Positions 9,537-18,197 of a stretch of DNA of 32,000 nt are shown in pieces. Source of the DNA: Candidatus Kuenenia stuttgartensis (lineage in GTDB: Bacteria; Planctomycetota; Brocadiia; Brocadiales; Brocadiaceae); contig NZ_LT934425.1 in the NCBI RefSeq assembly GCF_900232105.1, positions 2,820,001 through 2,852,000 on the forward strand. Reading direction: 5' to 3'. The number at the start of each line of letters is the position of its first letter. Position 1 is the first letter of the stretch. The notes under the pieces were generated by a model, which saw only the letters and a list, made by a program, of their open reading frames with translations, ran no database searches and was not told the DNA's origin. Made by a program: the position numbers and the translations under genes.

Positions 9537-9581
9537 AGGGACACTTCCCATATTAATTTTTGAAATATGGGGAGTGTCCCT
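9537..9581. repeat. Long near-perfect hairpin
   Basis: AGGGACACTTCCCATATT-aatttttga-AATATGGGGAGTGTCCCT: 18 bp arms with 1 mismatch. Confidence 0.85.
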
Positions 9582-9689
9582 TTATTGATCAAACTGATTA
9601 ATTGTTTTCCTGCCGAAAAGACAGGATAAACAACATTGACGAAATACCTGAACCCGCTTTAAGCACTTTTTACCAATACGGAAAAACAA

Positions 9690-10499
9690 CTACGCTATCG
9701 CTTCCAATTCATTTTTTAATAATTCTGCAGAATGTATACGATTTAACGGGTTTTCCTCCAATAATCCTAAAATAACCTTGTGTAGTTTCTCGGGTATTGA
9801 TGAATTTAACTCCCATGGGGGGACCGGATTCTCTTGCCACAACTTATTTGTCAGGGCTTCATAAAGAATCAACCCAACAGAATACAAATCGGATGTGGCC
9901 GCAATCTTAATCTTTTTCAACACATCCTTTTCCCGCTCATTTTTTCTCAAGAGTTGTATCATTTCTTTCTGTTCCGGGGATGCATATTCCCTGCTCATAC
10001 CAAGAAGCGTCTCTCCTGTTTTAATAGTGCATTCAAGGTCAATAAGCGCCATTACACCCGTAGTTGGATTTAGTATAAGATGACCGGGTTTGATATCGGA
10101 GTGAAGGTATCCTTTGGTATGCATGTGCATCAAAGGCAAGGTCACGCTTGCAAAATGCTGAATTACCCCTTCGATTTCTTTCCGGTCGGTCATATCCCTT
10201 TTTTTATAATATTCAAGTACGCCCTTTCCTTCAAAGTGGGTCATAATGAGATAATATTGTGCCAAAACAAACTTGTCATCATTATACATGTTATCCCTTC
10301 CCACTTTATATCGAACCGGAATTTGCGGATGTGAAAAGAGGGCAAGGATTTTGTATTCTCTCGCGTAATCATTGGAAGGGTGATATTTTATGCCCCACTG
10401 ATTTTCTTTGAACTCAGGATTACAAAGGATTGCGTAATTAGCCCTGTGTCCGGGCGTAATCTTAAACTCTTTAAACGTATATTTGTTAATAGAATACAT
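9690..10499 (-). CDS. Divergent Ser/Thr protein kinase-like protein (kinase A)
   Basis: YAREYKIL (alphaC Glu candidate), YLHSDIKPGHLI (HRD-like catalytic loop), ALIDLE (DFG position), GMSREYASPEQ, SDLYSVGLILYEALT. ORF is open to 10607; MYSINKY at 10499 (GGGAG upstream) matches the start of the paralog. Confidence 0.87.
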   Translation of the reverse strand: MYSINKYTFKEFKITPGHRANYAILCNPEFKENQWGIKYHPSNDYAREYKILALFSHPQIPVRYKVGRDNMYNDDKFVLAQYYLIMTHFEGKGVLEYYKKRDMTDRKEIEGVIQHFASVTLPLMHMHTKGYLHSDIKPGHLILNPTTGVMALIDLECTIKTGETLLGMSREYASPEQKEMIQLLRKNEREKDVLKKIKIAATSDLYSVGLILYEALTNKLWQENPVPPWELNSSIPEKLHKVILGLLEENPLNRIHSAELLKNELEAIA

Positions 10500-10648
10500 T
10501 TTATATACTCCCGACAAAAAAAATAGTGAAATTCTAAATACGAAACAAATCCCAAAAAATAAAATTCGAACTGTCCAAAACTGTAAGAGCCGATTTGTTT
10601 TTAACATTTGAATTTTGAGTTTCGGTATTGTTTCGAATTTCTATATTC

Positions 10649-10923
10649 GTAACACTTTAGTTTTTTGAAAAATTCCCGGGATAGAAAAAATACCATGTAG
10701 CCCCGTCAGGGGCGGTCTGTTTGTAGCGCAATAAAATTCAATAAGGTAAATAGCTCCGTAGGAGCGGCCTGTCCGTATTCAGGTAGACCTGTTTATATGG
10801 ATTTACAAGAGACAGGTCGCTCCTAACAGAGCTAATCTCTGTTATAATATCCTATTTTGCTACAAACAGGCTGCTCCTACGGAGCTTATAGGTAGTACAT
10901 TTTTCAAAAAACTAAAGTGTTAC
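10649..10923. mobile_element. MITE-like non-autonomous element B (275 bp), IS66-like ends
   Basis: Perfect 25 bp terminal inverted repeats GTAACACTTTAGTTTTTTGAAAAAT; flanked by direct 8 bp CTATATTC at 10641-10648 and 10924-10931. Contains three copies of a motif near AGCTCCGTAGGAGCGRCCTGT, one on + and two on -. Confidence 0.85.
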
Positions 10924-10987
10924 CTATATTCGAATTTAGAGGCTTCGACATATCGACAAAATTTTGTCAATATTAGACGCTAAGCGC

Positions 10988-11926
10988 CTAAACCCCTTTT
11001 AAAACCCTCTGGGCTAACTCATTCGGCAATTTTGCTTCGGTTATTCTTCTTGATGCAGCTTCAGCATTATACCTCACACGCCTGAAGCTTATCTGGTTTA
11101 AAGTGGAATCAAAAACAACATAACACCCGTCGGGATTTCCATCCCTAGGCTGACCCAGTGAACCAACGTTAACATAATATTTCCAGTCATTGTTTTGATC
11201 CACCGTAAAAGATTCTGTCTTGTCGGAGCATTCTTTTTCAATCACCATTAATCTCATATCATAATTGTCGGTAGGGATGAGAACGGAGGCATTTACCAAT
11301 CTCTTCTCTTTCGTGTAAATGTACGCCGCTGGCCGGTGTGTATGCCCGCCAAATGTTATCTTTGACCATAAGGTGGTGTACTTTAAAACGCTTGCATTTT
11401 TGGCATATTCATAACCAATCGGGTACGAAGGGGTACTGTGTACTATTTCAAACCCCTCATGCTTAAATTTTTTTCTCAGCGATAAACGTTTTAAAAAGGT
11501 ATAATTCTCCTTCGTCAATACCCCTTTTGTCCAATCCGCTGCGGCTTGTGCTACGGGATTCATTTCAGAGGTAAGGGATGGTTCCCCGACTACCTGTTTA
11601 TCGTGGTTTCCTCCAATGACAACGCATTTCTTTTCCATTAATTGAATGGCGTCCATAAAATCCCTGTCGGGAGAAGTTTCCGGATTGATTTGTTCAATGA
11701 TTTTATATATTCTTTCAATCGGTACTTTTCTCTTTCCATACTTCATGTAGCGTACAATGTCGCAGCATTCATTTGGAGAGGCGCCATACCCTACTATATC
11801 GCCTGCGATAAGCAGCCTGTCAATGGTACCTTCCTTTTTCGCAATCTCTTTAATAAATGCAATCAGAGAATCAACATTTCCATGAATATCTGATATTATA
11901 ATGTTTTTCAAGAGCTTGCTTTCCAT
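10988..11926 (-). CDS. Calcineurin-like metallophosphoesterase
   Basis: IIISDIHGNVDSL (DxH), IAGDIVGYG, VVIGGNHDKQ (GNHD), EIVHSTP, TFGGHTHRP (GHTH). ORF is open to 12004, but MESKLLKN at 11926 avoids the upstream kinase gene. Confidence 0.92.
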   Translation of the reverse strand: MESKLLKNIIISDIHGNVDSLIAFIKEIAKKEGTIDRLLIAGDIVGYGASPNECCDIVRYMKYGKRKVPIERIYKIIEQINPETSPDRDFMDAIQLMEKKCVVIGGNHDKQVVGEPSLTSEMNPVAQAAADWTKGVLTKENYTFLKRLSLRKKFKHEGFEIVHSTPSYPIGYEYAKNASVLKYTTLWSKITFGGHTHRPAAYIYTKEKRLVNASVLIPTDNYDMRLMVIEKECSDKTESFTVDQNNDWKYYVNVGSLGQPRDGNPDGCYVVFDSTLNQISFRRVRYNAEAASRRITEAKLPNELAQRVLKGV

Positions 11927-11945
11927 AATAAGTAAAAGGCATTTA

Positions 11946-12752
11946 TTAGATACTGCGCAACATCTTTTCCAGTTTCTCTGCGGAAGAAATTCTGTTCGAA
12001 ACATCTTCTTCCAAAAGCCCCATGATAATTTCTTCCAGTTTTTGAGAGATATTTTTATTAATTTTGTGCGGCAAATCCATCCCTTTTTGCCATTTTTTTT
12101 TCGTTAACGTTTCATAGAATAAGAGACCTATGGAATACAAATCTGTTCTGCCATCCAACTGCATAGAAGAGGGAAGGCCGTCTTCGCCATGATCTCCTTT
12201 TTGGCTCCTCAAATAATCAAGAATGCGAAACTGTTCAGGCGAGGCATACTCCCTGCTGATTCCCCGCAGAACTTCTCCATGTTTAATAGCCAGTTCAAAG
12301 TCAATGATATGCCCCAAACCTGTTTCCCTGTTACAAATCAAATGCCCTGGTTTTATATCACAATGAATGTACTTCATAGCATGCAGATATATTAAGGGGT
12401 CGCAAACCGTAAGAAACATCTTTACCACTTCATTTATGACCTTTACCTTTTCCACATCCTTTTCCCTGAAATATTCCAGAATATCTTCACCGTCAATATG
12501 TTGCAATACGATAAAGTTCTGTTTTATCAAAAACCTCTCATCCTTGTATAAATCACCATGTCCAACATCATACACTTTAGGAATTTGTTTATGATTAAGC
12601 TTTTTGAGGACATTGTATTCTCCGGAAAAATCAGCATAAGGGGCGTATTTTATCCCCTTACCGGCAGCATTAATCAAAACAGCATAGTTAGACTTATGTA
12701 AATTTGATTCACACTTAAACGTTTGAAAACGATAATTATTAATTATATACAT
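11946..12752 (-). CDS. Divergent Ser/Thr protein kinase-like protein (kinase B), paralog of 9690-10499
   Basis: KGIKYAPYADFSGEYNVL, YIHCDIKPGHLI, HIIDFELAIKHGEVLRGISREYASPEQ, TDLYSIGLLFYETLT. M22 (MYIINNY, 12752) chosen from alignment with kinase A; ORF is open to 12815. Confidence 0.88.
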   Translation of the reverse strand: MYIINNYRFQTFKCESNLHKSNYAVLINAAGKGIKYAPYADFSGEYNVLKKLNHKQIPKVYDVGHGDLYKDERFLIKQNFIVLQHIDGEDILEYFREKDVEKVKVINEVVKMFLTVCDPLIYLHAMKYIHCDIKPGHLICNRETGLGHIIDFELAIKHGEVLRGISREYASPEQFRILDYLRSQKGDHGEDGLPSSMQLDGRTDLYSIGLLFYETLTKKKWQKGMDLPHKINKNISQKLEEIIMGLLEEDVSNRISSAEKLEKMLRSI

Positions 12753-13711
12753 ACGTGTTATTGTTATCCAAGAAAACATATACCCTGCCGGCAGTCGGCA
12801 GTCTACTGTCAGCAAATTGCAGATTGCAGATTGAAGATTGAGGACTGTTTTCGTGCCTGTTTGGCTCTGGCTATGCCAGCCGGGAGCGGACTTTATACAT
12901 ATATCAATTGGTTGGTGGCAATAATCCTGTACAATGTTGTTTTTCGACCATTAGTTCGCATAAAAAATGCCAAATATTCAATTTATGACTTCAAAGCGTT
13001 GATTTTCATATTTTCATAAAGAAAAGAGGTGAAAAATTAAAACACTTCATCTGCCTGTAAGGTATTCATATGTTTTGCATTATACGCAAAATTTAAAACA
13101 ACTATTTTTCTAAACAAAAAATGAATCTATATTAAATTTTTTACACGAACAAATGAAAAAATGATACCTACCCATGAATGCTGTGGCTGAAATAAACCGT
13201 CGTTGCATTTCGAATTTAAATCGTAATTTATTCATAATTGCCAAATTATTAAATACTTATGCAATATATTTACAAATACTAATATATTAATTATTTATAA
13301 ACTATTTTGCCTATAAACCATGGAGGAAGTATTATTTATACTGCAGCATGGTTTTATCTATTTTGTTTTAGGATAGTTACGGATTTTAACATTATAGGAA
13401 ACTGCCTTTAAAAAAATATACCGCAAACGGATGGAATAATAATTGCTCCAATAAGCCAATTAAAGTTGAATTGCTTTTATCCTTAAGTATATTTTATAGA
13501 TAGAGAAGAGAATTCTATCGCCAATTATCCATTCAACACATTAAAATTATGCGGAATTCTCAGGTTGCATTTGTTATATTTCTCCGTTTTTTGGAAGTTT
13601 TATTTTAGAAAGGGAGGTACTATTGAAAATATAATATGCCAGCATAACATTTTACATTGTAGACACATTTGTAATTTTAGTAGGGTGATAAAAAGGAGAG
13701 AGACTTAACTT

Positions 13712-15271
13712 ATGAAAATGTATAACAAATTTATGATCGGTGTTTGGCTTTTACTAATAATGGGTCTGTTTGCGTTTGGCACGGGGGTTGCTGAAGCGGC
13801 AGGAGACCCAAACGGTTCCGATACGTATTCTGAGAGTATTGAAGGATTAAAGATTTCAATCAACGTCGTATGGACGTTAATAGCCGCATTCCTGGTATTT
13901 AGCATGCAGGCGGGTTTTGCCTTTTTAGGGGGCTTTTTACGACAAAAGAACATGCTCAACTACCTAGCACATTGTTTCATTGATTCCACGTTGGGTGCAT
14001 GCGTTTTTTATTTTTTCGGTTTTGCTGTGATGTTTGGCGGGTCTCAGGCGTATTCAGGCCTTGATAGGGGCTGGCCTGGTATTGGCTGGGACGGCTTTAT
14101 GCTTTTAGGGGATGCATATGACGTAAAAACGGTCATGTTCTGGCTCTTCCAAATGGTATTTGCAACAAAAACAGTAACAATTATTGCAGGCGCTGTTGCA
14201 GAAAGAATGAAATTTGTGCCTTATATTATCTACAGTTGTTTAATGTGCGGCATTATCTATCCGCTTTATGGTCATTGGGTATGGGGAGGCGGATGGCTGA
14301 GTACCCTTCCAATTGGTGCCGGGGTAGTAGATTTTGCGGGTTGCGCCGTAGTTCATACAGTAGGGGGTATTATGGCCCTCATGGGCGCATGGGCTGTTGG
14401 TCCCAGAAAAGGCAAATATAATCCCGATGGCTCGCCAAACGCCATTCCCGGGCACAATATGACCTATGTTGTCATTGGCTGTTTTATTCTTGCCTTCGGC
14501 TGGTTTGGTTTTAATGCCGGAAGCACCGTGGCAGGCACTGATTTACGTATAGCAATAATTGCGACAAATACCTTTCTTGCCGCTGCTGCGGGCGCATCAA
14601 TTATGTTGTTCTTTACATGGAAGAGACAGGGCTTTGTTGACGTATCGTTTGTTTGTAACGGAGCTTTGGCTGGGTTGGTTGCGATTACCGCGCCTTGCGC
14701 TTATGTAGCGCCATGGGCAGCAGTTGTTATCGGAGTCCTTGCAGGCCTTATTATGAGAGGCGCCGTAGCGCTGGTAGAAGTCGTTTTCAAGATTGACGAT
14801 CCCCTTGGGGCGGTGGCAGTGCATGGCGCAAACGGCATGTGGGGCATGCTTGCCGTAGGTTTATTTGCCGATGGAACCTATGGTATAAATGGTTTAATCC
14901 TTGGCACCGGCGAGCAATTGCTTGCCCAATTTATCGGAACTGTTGTCGCTTTTGCATATGCATTTGCTTTTGGCGGAGCGGTCTTCTTCGGATTGAAAGG
15001 AACAATTGGTTTAAGGGTTTCCGACCTTGAAGAAGAAGAAGGTCTTGATATTGCATATCACGGTACTTCATGCTATCCTGTGGAAGGAGGGTTCTTTGGC
15101 GCTGTGGGGGAACACCTCATCGATGTTCAGGCAGAAAAAGAACAAATCTCTTTGCTTGAAGAAGCAATCAGCAAGGACCGTTCACGCGAGAGGATTTATT
15201 CTGAGAAACTTGGCAGATGGGTATACGGAAAGGCAAAACAAGAAAAACAATCGTCGAATTCTAAGAAATAA
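13712..15271 (+). CDS. amt: Ammonium transporter, Amt family (Amt copy 1)
   Basis: Signal-like N-terminus, FQMVFATKTVTIIAGAVAERMKF, GHWVWGGGWL, VDFAGCAVVHTVGG (first pore His), FGWFGFNAGSTVAG, DDPLGAVAVHGANG (second pore His), about 70 aa C-terminal tail. Confidence 0.95.
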   Translation: MKMYNKFMIGVWLLLIMGLFAFGTGVAEAAGDPNGSDTYSESIEGLKISINVVWTLIAAFLVFSMQAGFAFLGGFLRQKNMLNYLAHCFIDSTLGACVFYFFGFAVMFGGSQAYSGLDRGWPGIGWDGFMLLGDAYDVKTVMFWLFQMVFATKTVTIIAGAVAERMKFVPYIIYSCLMCGIIYPLYGHWVWGGGWLSTLPIGAGVVDFAGCAVVHTVGGIMALMGAWAVGPRKGKYNPDGSPNAIPGHNMTYVVIGCFILAFGWFGFNAGSTVAGTDLRIAIIATNTFLAAAAGASIMLFFTWKRQGFVDVSFVCNGALAGLVAITAPCAYVAPWAAVVIGVLAGLIMRGAVALVEVVFKIDDPLGAVAVHGANGMWGMLAVGLFADGTYGINGLILGTGEQLLAQFIGTVVAFAYAFAFGGAVFFGLKGTIGLRVSDLEEEEGLDIAYHGTSCYPVEGGFFGAVGEHLIDVQAEKEQISLLEEAISKDRSRERIYSEKLGRWVYGKAKQEKQSSNSKK

Positions 15272-15311
15272 GACCTGTTTGTGGTCAAATAAACATATAT
15301 AGTATTAATAA

Positions 15312-15668
<357 letters not shown>

Positions 15669-15699
15669 GGTGGATTCTATACCGCGCTAAATCCAAAGT

Positions 15700-15742
15700 T
15701 GGCGCTACCATGAATAGTTTTGATAGCGCCAGCTATTTTTTT
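15700..15742 (+). terminator. Probable rho-independent terminator after glnK copy 1
   Basis: TGGCGCTA...TAGCGCCA stem (15700-15707 / 15724-15731) followed by gctaTTTTTTTG. Confidence 0.6.
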
Positions 15743-15921
15743 GTAGTAGGGACGAAGCATTTGTCTGCATAGAAGATAAAGACTAAATGCTGCACACGCG
15801 CCCCAACTAGGTCCTATTTGACGAGTTATGATGTATGCAGACATGCTTCGCCCCTGCTGTTACGAAAAATTTTTTCCCCTGACATTATAGTATTTATAAA
15901 AAATTTATTGGGAGTGGTGTA

Positions 15922-17277
15922 TTGAAAAGGTGTCTTCTTTTTATCACTTTAATTGTCATAGTAACATGCCTGGCAAATGATATGTTTGCAGGAGACCCCA
16001 GCGGAAAAGAAACATACTCTGACAGTATACAGGGATTAAAATTTTCGGTAAACTTCGCCTGGATATTAATGAGCGCTTTTCTGGTTTTTAATATGCAGGT
16101 TGGTTTCGTCTTCCTTGGGGCTGGATTTGTACAAAAGAAGAATACCCTGAATTACGGCACTATGAGTTTTATGGATTTTTGCGCCGGAGCAATAATTTTC
16201 TGGCTTTTTGGCTTTGCTTTAATGTTTGGAGGTTCTCAACTTGCTCCCGGGCTTACCAACGGAAACAAATTTATCGGTTATAGCGGATTTTTGCTGATAG
16301 GCGACTCATACGACGTTCATATTTCTGCGCTCTGGTTATTTCAGGTTATGTTTGCATCTACTGCCTCTACGATAGTAACCGGCGCTATCGCGGAAAGATG
16401 TAAGTTTCATGCCCATGTGCTTAATAGTATTTTCCTTTGCGGCATATTGTATCCTGTTTATGGACACTGGATGTGGGGCTACGGCTGGCTGGAAACGCTG
16501 CCATTTGGGGTAGGGGCAAGAGATTTTGCAGGTTCGGGAGTTGTACACGGAGTAGGGGGACTGATTGCTTTTGTCGCGGCCTGGCGCGTTGGGCCGAGAT
16601 ATGGCAAGTACAATCCGGATGGCAGCTCGAATGTTATCCGCGGACATAACCTTCTGTATATAGTAATAGGGACACTTATCTTAATTTTCGGCTGGTTTGG
16701 ATTTAATGCCGGCAGTACGCTTGCCGTTACAGAATTGCGCGTATCCATAATAGCAACTAACACCTTTTTAGCCGCCGCCGCAGGTGCTCTAACCCTGCTC
16801 TATATTTCTTATTTTATGACAAAAACGTTTGGCGTAAGCATGGCATGCAACGGTGCTCTTGCAGGCTGTGTTGCAATTACAGCATCCGGTGCATATGTTC
16901 CCCATTGGGCGGCTATTGTAATCGGGGCTATCGGCAGCGCATTGACATGTTTCAGCCTCGATTTCATTGAAAATAAACTAAAGATTGACGATCCTGTGGG
17001 CGCCATATCGGTTCATGGAGTAAACGGGATATGGGGCTTACTTGCAGTAGGTGTATTTGCAGACGGGACATATTGCGAAGTAAGAGGATTGATTACAGGT
17101 TCAGGCTGGCAATTGCTCTCCCAGTTTATCGCCAGCATCACCTTAATTGTGTGGTGTCTGGGAATGGGCTTTCTTTTTCTCTCTTTCCTAAAACGTGTTA
17201 TAGGATTAAGAGACCCCATCAGCGCAGAGCAAAAAGGCCTGGATCTCTACGAACATGGCTCCGGGTGCTATCAATAA
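15922..17277 (+). CDS. amt: Ammonium transporter, Amt family (Amt copy 2)
   Basis: TTG start with GGGAG upstream. FQVMFASTASTIVTGAIAERCKF, RDFAGSGVVHGVGG, FGWFGFNAGSTLAV, DDPVGAISVHGVNG. Confidence 0.93.
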   Translation: MKRCLLFITLIVIVTCLANDMFAGDPSGKETYSDSIQGLKFSVNFAWILMSAFLVFNMQVGFVFLGAGFVQKKNTLNYGTMSFMDFCAGAIIFWLFGFALMFGGSQLAPGLTNGNKFIGYSGFLLIGDSYDVHISALWLFQVMFASTASTIVTGAIAERCKFHAHVLNSIFLCGILYPVYGHWMWGYGWLETLPFGVGARDFAGSGVVHGVGGLIAFVAAWRVGPRYGKYNPDGSSNVIRGHNLLYIVIGTLILIFGWFGFNAGSTLAVTELRVSIIATNTFLAAAAGALTLLYISYFMTKTFGVSMACNGALAGCVAITASGAYVPHWAAIVIGAIGSALTCFSLDFIENKLKIDDPVGAISVHGVNGIWGLLAVGVFADGTYCEVRGLITGSGWQLLSQFIASITLIVWCLGMGFLFLSFLKRVIGLRDPISAEQKGLDLYEHGSGCYQ

Positions 17278-17320
17278 TTTTGTAACATCAGGCTATTCCC
17301 TATACGGTTAAATGCCTGGA

Positions 17321-17346
17321 CGGATTTTTCAAAAAACTATAGCGTT
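17321..17346 (-). repeat. Solo terminal-repeat relic related to element B
   Basis: Minus-strand GTAACGCTATAGTTTTTTGAAAAAT; 2 mismatches to the 25 bp TIR of 10649-10923. Confidence 0.6.
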
Positions 17347-17623
17347 ACATTGTTTTAAAAATTTTCCCTGACTCCAAAAACAGATAATGTAACATTCGCC
17401 TCCTAAACTTCATTATTCGTAAATATTTTATCCTTAATAACCATGGCTTGGTTAAGGCAATAAAGGCAATAAAGATGTACTTGCGATAAGAACAAGCACT
17501 GCACTTTTCGCCTTGACGTTTAGGAATTTTAATATTTTTGTAGAGACGCATTGCGAATACGTAATGAAAATGTTGATACAACAGAGAGACGCATGCAATG
17601 CTTCTCTATACTAACATCAACAA

Positions 17624-17665
17624 CAGTCGTCATGTTGCGCTTGCAACATGACGACTGCGGTTTTT
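17624..17665 (+). terminator. Perfect hairpin followed by T-tract (terminator-like or repeat)
   Basis: CAGTCGTCATGTTGC-GCTT-GCAACATGACGACTG (15 bp perfect stem, 17624-17638 / 17643-17657) then cggTTTTTTTT. Confidence 0.7.
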
Positions 17666-17783
17666 TTTGTTTATTGTCTGAAACGAATATTGTTCCAGAC
17701 TAATTCACATTATTTCTATGAAAGGAGGTTTTAGTTTTTTGTCATGTTTTACGAATATTTTTTCTCTTTATTGTTTTCGTTAA

Positions 17784-18137
<354 letters not shown>

Positions 18138-18197
18138 CATTATTCCTGCAAATTTAAAGATAAGGATTTTTAAACTGACGAATAGGAGGTTTTAAAA

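Noticed and set aside
14236-15302. Short ORFs within and overlapping amt copy 1, and similar ORFs within amt copies 2 and 3 and guaA
   Set aside because: Overlapping-frame artefacts of strongly coding sequence.
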